A stretch of 64,000 nucleotides of DNA from Omnitrophica bacterium RIFCSPHIGHO2_02_FULL_51_18. GTDB lineage: Bacteria; Omnitrophota; Gorgyraeia; 2-02-FULL-51-18. A program made the position numbers and the translations under genes. The stretch's first letter is position 1. Every line of letters starts with the position of its first letter. This document shows positions 1 to 9,923 of this stretch, piece by piece. The notes beneath the pieces were generated by a model. It worked only from the letters and a program-made list of their open reading frames with translations. It made no database searches and was not told the DNA's origin. The stretch spans positions 94,785 to 158,784 of the forward strand of contig MHFI01000036.1 in the NCBI GenBank assembly GCA_001804125.1, given 5' to 3'.

Positions 1-457
1 CCTGGGAATTGGCGCTGTTGTCGCCCAAAACAAAAAAGGCGCCTTGGGGAACCTTGATCTTTTCATCCGGATTCCCGTAAGGGTCATGGTTGTAGTAATA
101 AAATTTACCGAATGTTTCGGGGCTGTCCAACTTCTTGCCGTCCACGTAGATCTTGCCGTCTCTGATTTCCACGGTCTCGCCTTCAAAGGCCACGAGCCTT
201 TTAATGAAATCCTTCTTCAGGTCTTTCGGGTACCTGAAAACAATGATATCTCCGCGCTTGGGAGGTTCAAACCGGTAGAGGTACTTGTTGACGAACAGCT
301 TGTCCCCCTCGATCAGCGTAGGCCTCATCGAGCCGGACGGGATCTTGAACGCCTGAATCACATAAGTGCGGATAATCAGTGTCAGCACGAGCGCCACGGC
401 AATCGACTGCGCCCACTCTTTCAGCTCCCGGATGACAATTTCTTTAGCGATCTTCAC
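1..457 (-). CDS. lepB: signal peptidase I; 3' end lies beyond the window start
   Basis: Minus-strand translation reads ...MKIAKEIVIRELKEWAQSIAVALVLTLIIRTYVIQAFKIPSGSMRPTLIEGDKLFVNKY...GDIIVFRYP...VPQGAFFVLGDNSANS, which carries the S26 SGSM and GDN motifs. The GTG start at 457-455 is preceded by AGGGGGCAGG. The gene lies directly downstream of lepA, the conserved lepA-lepB order. Confidence 0.8.
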   Translation of the reverse strand, partial: MKIAKEIVIRELKEWAQSIAVALVLTLIIRTYVIQAFKIPSGSMRPTLIEGDKLFVNKYLYRFEPPKRGDIIVFRYPKDLKKDFIKRLVAFEGETVEIRDGKIYVDGKKLDSPETFGKFYYYNHDPYGNPDEKIKVPQGAFFVLGDNSANSQ

Positions 458-465
458 CCTGCCCC

Positions 466-2268
466 CTACGATTCTATTTTCAACGCGGCGAGGAAGGCTT
501 CCTGCGGTATTTCCACTTTTCCGAACTGCTTCATGCGTTTCTTGCCTTCCTTTTGTTTTTCCCAAAGTTTTCTTTTTCTTGTGATATCGCCCCCATAGCA
601 TTTGCTGGTCACGTTCTTTCCCATCGGCCTCACGCTCTCACGCGCAATGATCTTGCCCCCGATAGCCGCCTGAATCACCACTTCGAACATCTGCCTCGGG
701 ATAAGCTCCTTTAATTTTTCGCAAAGTGAGCGTCCCTTCAAGGACGCCTTCTCGCTGTGGACCATGGAGCTGAAGGAGTCGCAAATTTCGGAGTTTATTA
801 GAATATCCAGTTTCACGACATCGCTCTCGCAGTGGCCTTTGACCTCATAATCGAGCGACCCGTAGCCCTTCGATAGGGACTTGATGCGGTCATAAAAATC
901 CACGATGATCTCCGCCAGCGGAAAGTCATAAACAATCTTCACTCTTTCTTCGTCGATGTGCTCGGTGGAAACATACTTGCCGCGCCGCCGTTCGCAGAGC
1001 TCAAAGATCGTGCCGATGCAGTTTTGAGGCACGATGATTGTGGCGTCTACATGCGGCTCCAGGATCGCCTGGACCTGGCTCGGATCGGGCATTTTGGAGG
1101 GATTGTCCACTTCCACGACATCCCCGCCGGTTTTCCGGACCTTGTATACGACGCTCGGGGTCGTGATCACAAGATTCATGCCGTATTCCCGCTCAAGCCT
1201 CTCCTGCACGATTTCCATGTGGAGAAGCCCGAGGAACCCGGACCGGAAACCAAAACCGACGGAGGCCGAGTTTTCTATCTCATAGACAAACGAAGAGTCG
1301 CTCAAGGAAAGCTTCTCCATCGCGTCTTTGAGCGCCTGAAAATCCGCCGAGTTCACCGGGTAGATGCCGGCGAACACCAGGGGCCGCACTTTTTTGTATC
1401 CGGGCAGCGCTTCCTGGGCGGGATTAAGCGCGTCGGTGACCGTGTCGCCGTTTTCCACTTCCTTCGCGTTTCGGATGTTGCAGGCAAGATAACCGACCTC
1501 GCCCGGACCCAGGGATTCGCAAGGGACTGGTTTCGGCGTGAGAGTCCCGATGCCCAGCACCTCATAACTCCTGCCGCTTGCGAACATCTTGATCTTCGTC
1601 CCCTTCTTCAGCACCCCGTTAAAAACGCGCAGATACACAATCACGCCCTGATAGGCGTCATACTGCGAATCAAAGATCAGCGCCTGGAGTTGTTTGCCCG
1701 GGTCGCCTTCGGGAGGCGGGATCTTCTCAACCACGCGTTCCAGAATCTCGGTGATTCCGATCCCCATCTTGGCGCTGGCCAGGATGATTTCATGCTCGTC
1801 AATGCCCAGAAACTTATGGATCTGTTTTTTTACTTTTTCGGGCTCCGCGGTGCCAAGGTCAATCTTATTGATCACGGGAATAATCTCAAGATCGTTTTCC
1901 ATGGCCAGGTGCAGATTGGCCACCGTTTGCGCTTCCACGCCCTGCCCCGCGTCCACGAGGAGCAGGGCTCCCTCGCAGGCGCGAAGGCTTTTCATGACTT
2001 CAAACGTAAAGTCCACATGCCCCGGCGTATCAATGAGATTCAACGTGTAGATTTTGGCGTCTTTTTTGGAGCGGTAATTAATTTTGACGGCGCTCGCCTT
2101 GATCGTGATTCCGCGCTCCTGCTCCAGGTCCATGTCATCCAGAAGCTGGTTGTGGAATGTGCGGCTGTCAATGGCACCCGTGTGCTCGAGAATCCGGTCG
2201 GCCAACGTGGACTTGCCGTGATCGATATGCGCGATGATCGAGAAATTACGAATGTGGGATTGCTTCAT
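466..2268 (-). CDS. lepA: elongation factor 4 (LepA)
   Basis: 600 aa. It has an N-terminal GTPase domain (AHIDHGKST, DTPGHVDF, NKID) and a LepA-specific C-terminal domain. Confidence 0.95.
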   Translation of the reverse strand: MKQSHIRNFSIIAHIDHGKSTLADRILEHTGAIDSRTFHNQLLDDMDLEQERGITIKASAVKINYRSKKDAKIYTLNLIDTPGHVDFTFEVMKSLRACEGALLLVDAGQGVEAQTVANLHLAMENDLEIIPVINKIDLGTAEPEKVKKQIHKFLGIDEHEIILASAKMGIGITEILERVVEKIPPPEGDPGKQLQALIFDSQYDAYQGVIVYLRVFNGVLKKGTKIKMFASGRSYEVLGIGTLTPKPVPCESLGPGEVGYLACNIRNAKEVENGDTVTDALNPAQEALPGYKKVRPLVFAGIYPVNSADFQALKDAMEKLSLSDSSFVYEIENSASVGFGFRSGFLGLLHMEIVQERLEREYGMNLVITTPSVVYKVRKTGGDVVEVDNPSKMPDPSQVQAILEPHVDATIIVPQNCIGTIFELCERRRGKYVSTEHIDEERVKIVYDFPLAEIIVDFYDRIKSLSKGYGSLDYEVKGHCESDVVKLDILINSEICDSFSSMVHSEKASLKGRSLCEKLKELIPRQMFEVVIQAAIGGKIIARESVRPMGKNVTSKCYGGDITRKRKLWEKQKEGKKRMKQFGKVEIPQEAFLAALKIES

Positions 2269-3695
2269 TTCAAATTAAATGTCAGCGTTTTCCCGTCGTT
2301 CACCAGCGCTTCCGCAAGCGCTCTGGAAGTCGCCTCGGAATAGACTCTTAGGATCGGCTCGGTGCCCGAGAGTCGAAAAAGAAGCCAGCTGTCATCCTGA
2401 AGAATAAATTTCATGCCGTCCTGGCTCTTGATTTCCTTGACCCGCTGGTGCTGCAGCTCTTTCGGGGGATTGGCGGCCAAGTACCCGAAGAGTTTGGTTT
2501 TAAGCTCATGGGGATAAACGAGATCGCTCCGGACATAATAGAGTTTTCCGTATTCTTTTTCGACGCCGCTGAGGATTTCATCAAACGTCTGCCTTCTCAT
2601 GGCCATCATTTCAATAAGAAGGAGCGCCGAGAGCAGGCCGTCACGCTCATACAAATAATCCTGAAAGCCGATGCCTCCGGATTCCTCGCCGCCGATCAAC
2701 ACGTTTTCACGCCGCATGATCTCACAGATGTATTTAAAGCCCACCGGGGTTTCATGGACTTTCAATCCCAATTTCCTTGCCACCTTGTAGATGAGCGCCG
2801 TATTGGAAACCGTTGTGACGACACTCCCGCTTCTTTTCAAATCTTCCACAAAGTGGATTAGGATGAGTGACAGGAGTGTGCCGGGCGTAACGAATTCGCC
2901 GCCAGGGCGGATGGCTCCTATGCGGTCCGCGTCGCCGTCCGTTACGACCGCCAGCTCAAATTCGTTTTTCTTCATACGCTCGATGGTCTGCGAAAGGTTC
3001 CGGGGAATAGGCTCGGGGCTTATTCCGCCGAACGTGACATCGCGTTGACCGCGTGCCGTCGTAATCTTGATCTTGCCGCCGCTCAAAATATTTTCGATGT
3101 GGCCGTCGCCGACCCCATGCATCGAATCAACCAGAATCCGATAAGGCGCTTCGCGGATGGCGTCCAACCGCACGTATTGCTTGAGAAACGCCAGATACTT
3201 ATCGTTGAAATTTTCGATCTTTGGGTTCCCGGGCGAAAACGTCTTCTTCTTGACGGGGCTTTTTCCTATCCATCTCTCAACCGCATCCGTGACCCGCTTG
3301 TCGGCGGAACCGCCAAAATCCGTCTTTATTTTGATGCCGTTGTAACCCGACGGGTTGTGGCTTGCGGTCACGACAATTCCGGCATCGTATTTTCGGTCCA
3401 CCACCTGAAAGCTGACCGCCGGCGTCGGGCAGGCTTGGCTCGACAAAAGAACGTCGATACCGTTTGCGTTCAGCACCCGGGCGAACGTATTGGCAAAATT
3501 CTCGGAATCCTTACGGGTGTCGTGACCGATCGCAACCTTAGGGCAGCGTGAGAGAGAGATCTTTCCGAAATCTTCATTTAAATAGTCGCTAAACGCCTGC
3601 GCGACCAGTTCCACATTTTCAAATGTGAATTCCTTGTCCATGAGTGCACGCCAACCGTCGGTCCCGAACTTTATGGCGGCTCCCCGGGCATTCAT
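2265..3695 (-). CDS. phosphoglucomutase/phosphomannomutase family protein
   Basis: 476 aa. It carries the FGTDGWRA N-terminal motif and the TASHNP catalytic phosphoserine loop of the alpha-D-phosphohexomutase superfamily. Confidence 0.85.
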   Translation of the reverse strand: MNARGAAIKFGTDGWRALMDKEFTFENVELVAQAFSDYLNEDFGKISLSRCPKVAIGHDTRKDSENFANTFARVLNANGIDVLLSSQACPTPAVSFQVVDRKYDAGIVVTASHNPSGYNGIKIKTDFGGSADKRVTDAVERWIGKSPVKKKTFSPGNPKIENFNDKYLAFLKQYVRLDAIREAPYRILVDSMHGVGDGHIENILSGGKIKITTARGQRDVTFGGISPEPIPRNLSQTIERMKKNEFELAVVTDGDADRIGAIRPGGEFVTPGTLLSLILIHFVEDLKRSGSVVTTVSNTALIYKVARKLGLKVHETPVGFKYICEIMRRENVLIGGEESGGIGFQDYLYERDGLLSALLLIEMMAMRRQTFDEILSGVEKEYGKLYYVRSDLVYPHELKTKLFGYLAANPPKELQHQRVKEIKSQDGMKFILQDDSWLLFRLSGTEPILRVYSEATSRALAEALVNDGKTLTFNLK

Positions 3696-4339
3696 TTTTT
3701 CGGCCTCAGATCCCGGATGGCCTGCTCGGTGTCGGCCCTGGCAAAGATTGCCGACCCGGCCACAAGCACATTCGCGCCGGCCTTGATGGCTTCTCGGGCG
3801 GTGTCTTTGTTGATGCCCCCGTCGACTTGGATGTCCCCGTCAAATTTTGAGCGCAGGTTCCTCACCTTGTCTAGGACCTCCGGCATAAATTTTTGCCCCC
3901 CAAAACCCGGATTCACGGTCATCAAAAGCACGAGGTTCAGGTCCTTCAAGTGGTCCTCAATGCGGCTCAAGGGAGTGTTGGGTTTCAAAGAGATGCCGCA
4001 AGTCACGTGAAGCGAATGCACGATCTCGACGCACTCGTGCAGATTCCCGTAACAAGCTTCCGCATGAAACGTGATATGGTCCGCGCCGGCCTCGGTGAAA
4101 CTCTGGATGTACCGTTCCGGACGCTCGATCATGAGATGCACATCCAGAGGCAGCCGCGTAAGGCCCCGGATCGCTTTCACTATAAAGGGCCCCACCGTGA
4201 TGTTCGGCACAAAGTGCCCGTCCATCACGTCGATGTGCAGGAGGTCACAACCCGCCTTCTCCACCCGCCTCACTTCATCGGCCAGGTGCGCAAAGTCCGC
4301 CGCTAAAAGTGACGGCGCAATCTTTATCGGCCTATTCAT
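3692..4339 (-). CDS. rpe: ribulose-phosphate 3-epimerase
   Basis: 215 aa. It begins IAPSLLAADFAHLADEV...HIDVMDGHFVPNIT, the characteristic Rpe N-terminus. Confidence 0.9.
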   Translation of the reverse strand: MNRPIKIAPSLLAADFAHLADEVRRVEKAGCDLLHIDVMDGHFVPNITVGPFIVKAIRGLTRLPLDVHLMIERPERYIQSFTEAGADHITFHAEACYGNLHECVEIVHSLHVTCGISLKPNTPLSRIEDHLKDLNLVLLMTVNPGFGGQKFMPEVLDKVRNLRSKFDGDIQVDGGINKDTAREAIKAGANVLVAGSAIFARADTEQAIRDLRPKK

Positions 4340-4607
4340 CGGTCCTTTTTCTTTGCTCTTCGTATCTTACGCAGCGTATTTCATTGGAGGCGGATACATA
4401 AATAAAAACCGCAACCAGGAGAAGCATCCAATGCCGTTGCCACAGCGCTAAAATGGCAAATAGTATAGCAAAAATTTTTCCCAAAATGACGGAAATTTGC
4501 GTCGCCCTAACGTAATTCAGTTTCAAAGCCAATAAGGATCTTAAAATTCTGCCCCCATCCATAGGAAATGCCGGAATCAGATTAAAGATCCCCAATGAGG
4601 AGCCCAA
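4332..4607 (-). pseudogene. M50 (site-2 protease) family fragment, C-terminal part only
   Basis: The 91 aa ORF contains FNLIPAFPMDGGRIL (the M50 NxxPxxxLDGG motif) but no HExxH. An M16 peptidase gene ends 14 nt upstream, so there is no room for the N-terminal half. The segment is clearly lower in GC than its neighbours. Confidence 0.4.
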
Positions 4608-4620
4608 AGGTCAGTGAGCC

Positions 4621-5898
4621 CTAGGGGAGATCTGAAAGGAGCTTGGAGAAATTCTTTTGCATTTTGTCGACGCGCGGGCCGACCGCCGCCAAATAACAAC
4701 GATCGGACTTGAAAATTCCCCGTGCGACGCGCCGGATGTCCCCGGACGTTATCTTGGCAACGCGCTCAAGCACTTCTCCCGGCGTCTTGCAGCGTCCGAG
4801 GCAAACCATGCTCTCACCCACCCAAAGCATGTGGCTCATGGCGCTTTCAAGCCCGAGTTCCATCTGGCCTGTATAAAATTCCTTTGCGCGCCTTAATTCA
4901 TCCTTCGGCGGAGGCTCGCGGGTTATTTTCTTAAGCTCCGAAAGAATCGTGCGAAGCGCTTCTTCCGGTTTTCGGTTGTCAACGCCTGCGCTCACCATGA
5001 AAGCACCCGTATCGTGATAGCGTCTGACCGTGGAGCCGATATCATAGGCCAGCCCTTTTTCTTCCCTCACTTCATTGAAAAGACGCGAAGACATGTTGCC
5101 GCCGAGTATCACGCTCAAAAGGTCGAGCGCGTACTGGTCCGGGTGTTCCTTTGCCTGCGCATGAACACCCAGCACGAGGTGCGTTTGCTCGGTTTTCTTT
5201 GACAACACTTTAAGACGGCGTCCGGATCGACCGGATTTGAATGAATCCAAACGCTTTTTGGGGGCGCGGCCGGTTTTTGAAAACGCGCGATCCGCGAGCG
5301 CCAGGAGTCTTTCAAGCGAAACGGCTCCCGAAGCCGCGACCGTAATGAAATGTGAATTATAAAATTCGCTTTTAAAATTTTGAATCCCCTCTCTTTTAAG
5401 CGCTCCCACGGACTGAAGCGTTCCTGCCAGGGGCCGTCCCAGCGCATGGCCCGGCCAGATAAGCTCCGAGAACACCTCCTCGACGAGCTCCGAAGGAAGG
5501 TCCTGGGTCATTTTAATTTCTTCCATGATCACCGCGCGCTCCTTCTCAATGTCCTTCGGTTCCAATAAGGCGTTTAACGTCATGTCGGACAAGACGTCGA
5601 ACGCCTGATCCAAATGTCTTTCGGACGTTTTGGAGAGAAAACAGGTGTATTCCTCGGACGTAAACGCGTTGAGGCTTCCGCCCACGCCTTCAATAGCTTC
5701 CTTAATTTCCTTGGCGGTGCGGCGGGAGGTGCCTTTAAACACCAAATGCTCCAAAAAGTGCGCGACCCCGTTCAGCTTTTCGGATTCGTCGCGGCCTCCG
5801 GCGTGGACCCAGATGCCGAGCGCCGCCGATTTTCTTCCGGCAAGCGGCGCCGCCACCACGCGGACACCGTTCGGCAATTTTGCGGTTTCGTATTTCAC
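4621..5898 (-). CDS. M16 family zinc peptidase (insulinase-like)
   Basis: 425 aa. It carries the inverted zinc-binding motif HFLEHLVFKGT (HxxEH) near the N-terminus. Confidence 0.85.
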   Translation of the reverse strand: MKYETAKLPNGVRVVAAPLAGRKSAALGIWVHAGGRDESEKLNGVAHFLEHLVFKGTSRRTAKEIKEAIEGVGGSLNAFTSEEYTCFLSKTSERHLDQAFDVLSDMTLNALLEPKDIEKERAVIMEEIKMTQDLPSELVEEVFSELIWPGHALGRPLAGTLQSVGALKREGIQNFKSEFYNSHFITVAASGAVSLERLLALADRAFSKTGRAPKKRLDSFKSGRSGRRLKVLSKKTEQTHLVLGVHAQAKEHPDQYALDLLSVILGGNMSSRLFNEVREEKGLAYDIGSTVRRYHDTGAFMVSAGVDNRKPEEALRTILSELKKITREPPPKDELRRAKEFYTGQMELGLESAMSHMLWVGESMVCLGRCKTPGEVLERVAKITSGDIRRVARGIFKSDRCYLAAVGPRVDKMQKNFSKLLSDLP

Positions 5899-6326
5899 TT
5901 TTTGGGTCTTTTGGATTCGAGATAACCCTGGAGAATGATCATGGCGGCCAGTTGATCGCTTTGTTTCTTTTGTTTAACCCTCGACAGGCCTTCCTCGATC
6001 ATGAGCCTCAAGGCCTGGCGGCTTGAAAGACGTTCGTCCCAGGTGCTCACGGGAATCCCCAGTTCCTTCTGAAGTTCGGGGACAAGATCCAAAACCTGCT
6101 TGGCCTTAGGGCCGACGGTGCCGTTCATGTTCACCGGAAGGCCAATCACCATTTCTTCGGCGTTGGTTTCCCTGCAGAGCTCCTTAAGCGCCTGAAACAC
6201 GTTCTGTTTGCCCTTATTTTCAATGGTTTCCAAGCCCTGCGCCGTAAAGCCCAGAGGGTCCGACACGGCCGCCCCGATTCTTTTTTCTCCGAAATCAAGT
6301 GCAAGGATCCTCATCGCATACGTCAA
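5895..6326 (-). CDS. ruvX: Holliday junction resolvase-like protein YqgF/RuvX
   Basis: 143 aa. It begins MRILALDFGEKRIGAAVSD, the YqgF signature. Confidence 0.9.
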   Translation of the reverse strand: MTYAMRILALDFGEKRIGAAVSDPLGFTAQGLETIENKGKQNVFQALKELCRETNAEEMVIGLPVNMNGTVGPKAKQVLDLVPELQKELGIPVSTWDERLSSRQALRLMIEEGLSRVKQKKQSDQLAAMIILQGYLESKRPKK

Positions 6327-7312
6327 AGCCGCCGTGAAAGAAGCGCGGCTTCTTCGGAAAAACCTTTCTTGCAGATCAGCGTGCCGCGCTGGGTCTGGAC
6401 CACAATAAGATCCGTCACCCCTAGCGCGATGATCGGTGTCCGGCCATGATTCACAATCAATGACTTCCGGGTCTGGTCGTAATGGCAGATCCCGTGCACG
6501 AGGTTATGGTGTTTGTCACGGAGAGCCTTCTCATGAAACATGTCCCAGCTTCCCATATCGCACCAATCCATCTGGGTCCTGATCACCGCCAGGTTCCCGG
6601 CTTTTTCAAGCAGCGCGTAATCGATGGAAATCTTGGGCAGTTTCGCATAGCTCCGTTTCCCGAACTCGGGGGCCGTTTTTTTCATGGCTTCCATGAACGT
6701 GCCTATTTTCCACGTAAAGATCCCCCCATTCCACAGAAAGCGGCCCGATTTCAGGTACTGCGAAGCCTTCCGGCGGTCCGGCTTCTCGGCAAAACGCTTG
6801 ACCTTGTAGGCGGACAAGCGGGCTGACACGGGCGGGCCCATCTCGAGGTAGCCGTAACCGGTGGCGGCGAACGTGGGCTTGACTCCCACGGTCACCAGGA
6901 GTTCTTTCTGCCTGGCGAGGGAGATCGCCTGTGCCAATGTTTTCCGGAAAAGCGCTTCATTCCGAATCAGGTGGTCTGCCGGGAAGAACGACACCACCTC
7001 TCGTGCGCCGAAACTTTCCCCGAGGGTGCGGCAGGAGAGATAAATGGCTGCCGCCGTATTTCTGCGCATCGGTTCAACAATCAGGTTCTGTTTTTTAAGT
7101 TTTGGAAGCTCGGATTTAATGAGCCGGGCGTGCTCCCGGGTCGTGACCACATAGACGTCACGCCGCGGATAAACCCGAAGGAGTCTTTGATAGGTTTTTT
7201 GTAAAAGGGATTCGCGGTTGTCCAAGCGAATGCGGTATTTGGGAAACTTTTTGTGCGTCAGGGGCCAGAAGCGTTCCCCCGGCCCTCCGGCCATAATGAT
7301 GGCTTTAGGCAT
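6323..7312 (-). CDS. sugar-phosphate nucleotidyltransferase (mannose-1-phosphate guanylyltransferase-like)
   Basis: 329 aa. The N-terminus IIMAGGPGERFWPLT is the G-x-G-x-R-x-W-P-L nucleotidyltransferase loop typical of GDP-mannose pyrophosphorylases. Confidence 0.75.
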   Translation of the reverse strand: MPKAIIMAGGPGERFWPLTHKKFPKYRIRLDNRESLLQKTYQRLLRVYPRRDVYVVTTREHARLIKSELPKLKKQNLIVEPMRRNTAAAIYLSCRTLGESFGAREVVSFFPADHLIRNEALFRKTLAQAISLARQKELLVTVGVKPTFAATGYGYLEMGPPVSARLSAYKVKRFAEKPDRRKASQYLKSGRFLWNGGIFTWKIGTFMEAMKKTAPEFGKRSYAKLPKISIDYALLEKAGNLAVIRTQMDWCDMGSWDMFHEKALRDKHHNLVHGICHYDQTRKSLIVNHGRTPIIALGVTDLIVVQTQRGTLICKKGFSEEAALLSRRL

Positions 7313-8100
7313 GGACGGCCTTTACAAACGGGCGTACGAATTTCTTCGCGAAACTTTCGGCGCTCAAATGAGAATGCCCGGCAAGCGCTTTCACAAGTGA
7401 GCTGCCTATGATGACACCATCCGCCACTGCCGACATTTTCCTGGCCTGGGAGGGATCGGAGATGCCGAAACCCACGCACACGGGAAGCGGGGTTTCTTTT
7501 TTAATCGCGGAAATATTTTTTCCGGCATCGGTGGCGGCGGATTTTCTTACCCCGGTAACCCCGGTCAGGGAGACATAGTAGACAAAACCTCGGGAAGCCT
7601 TCACGATCCTTTGACGGCGTTTCTGGGTGCTTGTCGGCGCCAAAAGATACACCAGGTCCACCGCCTCTTTACGCATGAGTTCCCGGACGTCTTTTTCTTC
7701 ATCCGGAGGAAGGTCGGGCACAATCACGCCGTCCACGCCGGAGCTGCGCGCGGCCTGCGCGAATTTCTTCGGGCCCATCGCAAGAATCGGATTCAGGTAA
7801 CTCATGAGCAGGATCGGGAGTTGTGACTTTTTACGCGCCTTTTTCACGACCGCCAATATTTTTGCAAGCGTCGTGCCCCGCTCGAGCGACCGGATGGACG
7901 CCGCTTGAATGACGGGACCGTCCGCCAGAGGATCCGAAAAAGGGACCCCCAGCTCCATCAAGTCGACTCCCTCCTTCTCAAACGCGTAAATAAGCTCCTG
8001 GGTCTTCTTAAGGCTCGGGTCGCCGGCCGTGATGAAAACAATAAGCGCTTTCTTTTTTTGCTTCTTCAACTGTTTGAATTTATTCTCAATTCGCGTCACA
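7305..8100 (-). CDS. trpA: tryptophan synthase alpha chain
   Basis: TrpA fold ([10 protein letters not shown]..., [15 protein letters not shown]). The start is re-called to the GTG at 8100 that overlaps the trpB TGA (GTGA coupling), giving MTRIENKF... The ORF track extends to 8156. Confidence 0.85.
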
Positions 8101-9304
8101 GGTGCAAAACCTTTGAGACCCTTTCCATGTCCTTGTCGCCCCGCCCCGAAAGACAAACCACGATCACCTCATGCGCTTCAAAGCGCGGCTTGTGTTTCAC
8201 GAGATACCCGAACGCGTGCGCAGTTTCAAGCGCCGGGATAATGCCTTCCGTCCGGCTTAAAATTTTCATTCCTAATAACGCGTCGTCATCGGTGGCCGAC
8301 ACGTATTCTGCGCGGCCTGTTTTTTTAAGGTAAGCATGCTCGGGGCCGACGCCGGGATAGTCGAGGCCCGCCGAGATCGAGTGAGCCAACTGTATCTGCC
8401 CGTGTTTATCCTGTAATACCTCGCTTTTGGATCCGTGAAGGACGCCGATGCTGCCGAGCGAAAGCGTCGCCGAGTGCTGCCGGGTGTGCAGTCCGCGCCC
8501 CGCCGCTTCCACGCCGATCAATTTTGCCCGAGATTTAAGAAATGTGGAAAAAAGCCCCAGGCTGTTTGAACCGCCGCCCACGCACGCCACGCAGTAGTCA
8601 GGCGACTTAATTCCCAGCTGTTTCAGTTGCGCGCCGGTTTCTTTCCCGATCACCGACTGAAAATCTCTCACGATCATGGGGTACGGATGGGGCCCGATGA
8701 CCGAGCCGATGATGTAATGCGTGTCTTTCACGTTCGTGACCCAGTCGCGGATGGCTTCGTTCACGGCGTCTTTTAAAGTTTGTGAGCCTGATTGGACCGG
8801 GATCACGCGCGTGCCCAGAAGTTTCATGCGGAATACGTTGAGCGTCTGCCGTTCGATGTCCTCCTGTCCCATGTAAACATCACAGCGAATGCCGAATAGC
8901 GCGCACACCGTCGCCGTCGCGACTCCGTGCTGACCGGCGCCGGTTTCGGCGATCACGCGTTTTTTACCCATCCGAAGCGTCAGAAGCGCCTGGCCGATGG
9001 TATTGTTTATTTTATGGGCGCCGGTATGCAGAAGGTCCTCGCGCTTCAAGTAAACCTTTTTCACGCCGAGCGTTTTGGCAAAATGCCTGGCTTCCGTGAG
9101 CGGCGTCGGGCGGCCGGCAAAATTCTTCAGGTAGTGGCTGAATTCCTTCCTGAACTTCGGGTCGCTTTTGGCGGTCCGGTAGGCCTCCTCAAGCTCATCC
9201 AGCGCCGTCATCAGGGTTTCAGGCACGTATTTCCCGCCATAAGGCCCGAAGTGGCCGCGCGAATCCGGAAGTCTTGAAAAATCAATTTTACGCGTTTTTG
9301 GCAT
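8096..9304 (-). CDS. trpB: tryptophan synthase beta chain
   Basis: 402 aa. It begins [15 protein letters not shown] and carries the PLP-binding motif HTGAHKINN. Confidence 0.95.
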   Translation of the reverse strand: MPKTRKIDFSRLPDSRGHFGPYGGKYVPETLMTALDELEEAYRTAKSDPKFRKEFSHYLKNFAGRPTPLTEARHFAKTLGVKKVYLKREDLLHTGAHKINNTIGQALLTLRMGKKRVIAETGAGQHGVATATVCALFGIRCDVYMGQEDIERQTLNVFRMKLLGTRVIPVQSGSQTLKDAVNEAIRDWVTNVKDTHYIIGSVIGPHPYPMIVRDFQSVIGKETGAQLKQLGIKSPDYCVACVGGGSNSLGLFSTFLKSRAKLIGVEAAGRGLHTRQHSATLSLGSIGVLHGSKSEVLQDKHGQIQLAHSISAGLDYPGVGPEHAYLKKTGRAEYVSATDDDALLGMKILSRTEGIIPALETAHAFGYLVKHKPRFEAHEVIVVCLSGRGDKDMERVSKVLHL

Positions 9305-9923
9305 TGCGAATAAATTCCCTCAAAAGTTTAGGGTCCTTGCTCCCCGGAAGTCTCTCCACGCCGCTCGAGACGTCCACACCATACGGCGAGATTACCCGAA
9401 CGGCTTCAGCCACATTGTCGGGATGAAGTCCGCCGGAAAGAATAACCGAGAACTCCCCTTCGGTATCACGCGTGAGCTTCGAGATCTCAATATTTAAGAT
9501 ATTCCAATCAAAACTTTGCCCGCTTCCCCCGTATTTACCGTCGACTTTCGTGTCAAAAAGATAAGCGTCCGCGGGAAACTTTAAGGCGGTTTTTAAGCTA
9601 AATCCTTCACCCACGCGGAACGCCTTTATGACTTTACAACAACGAAGCTTTTTTGTATAGGCTTGCGTTTCGTCCCCGTGAAGCTGCACGGCGCCAAGCC
9701 CGCAAAAAGCGGCGATTTCATTTACTTTGTCGGCGCGCTCATTGACAAAAACCCCGACCGTGGTGACAAAAGGACCGATTTTTTCTATGATTTGTTTTGC
9801 TTTCTTGGGAGTGACGCGCCTCGGGCTCCCGGCAAATACAAAACCAATCGCATCCGCGCCGAAATCCACGGCGGTGCGTGCATCATGCCAATTCGTGATC
9901 CCGCAGATCTTGACCTTAACCAC
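9288..9923 (-). CDS. trpF: phosphoribosylanthranilate isomerase
   Basis: 211 aa. It begins [27 protein letters not shown], the TrpF N-terminus. Confidence 0.9.
   Translation of the reverse strand: MVKVKICGITNWHDARTAVDFGADAIGFVFAGSPRRVTPKKAKQIIEKIGPFVTTVGVFVNERADKVNEIAAFCGLGAVQLHGDETQAYTKKLRCCKVIKAFRVGEGFSLKTALKFPADAYLFDTKVDGKYGGSGQSFDWNILNIEISKLTRDTEGEFSVILSGGLHPDNVAEAVRVISPYGVDVSSGVERLPGSKDPKLLREFIRNAKNA

Noticed and set aside
44-598. 184 aa plus-strand ORF at the window start
   Set aside because: It is antisense to the signal peptidase I coding sequence, which shows clear S26 motifs on the minus strand.
958-2343. 461 aa plus-strand ORF opposite lepA, and similar long antisense ORFs (28018-29295 opposite ftsK, 19961-20959 opposite alaS, 58445-59470 opposite argJ, 56066-56959 opposite argD, 48989-49738 opposite dapA, 41326-42039 opposite the PilX-like gene, 44424-45035 opposite nadX)
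   Set aside because: Each lies entirely antisense to a well-supported conserved gene. Their translations are low-complexity and Arg/Ala/Gly-rich with no motifs, which is the usual stop-codon-poor antisense frame of high-GC DNA.
6323-7312. Assigning the nucleotidyltransferase a firm manC/cpsB symbol, or pairing it with the PGM/PMM gene at 2265-3695
   Set aside because: The two genes are separated by three unrelated genes. The substrate specificity of G-x-G-x-R-x-W-P-L nucleotidyltransferases cannot be decided from sequence alone.
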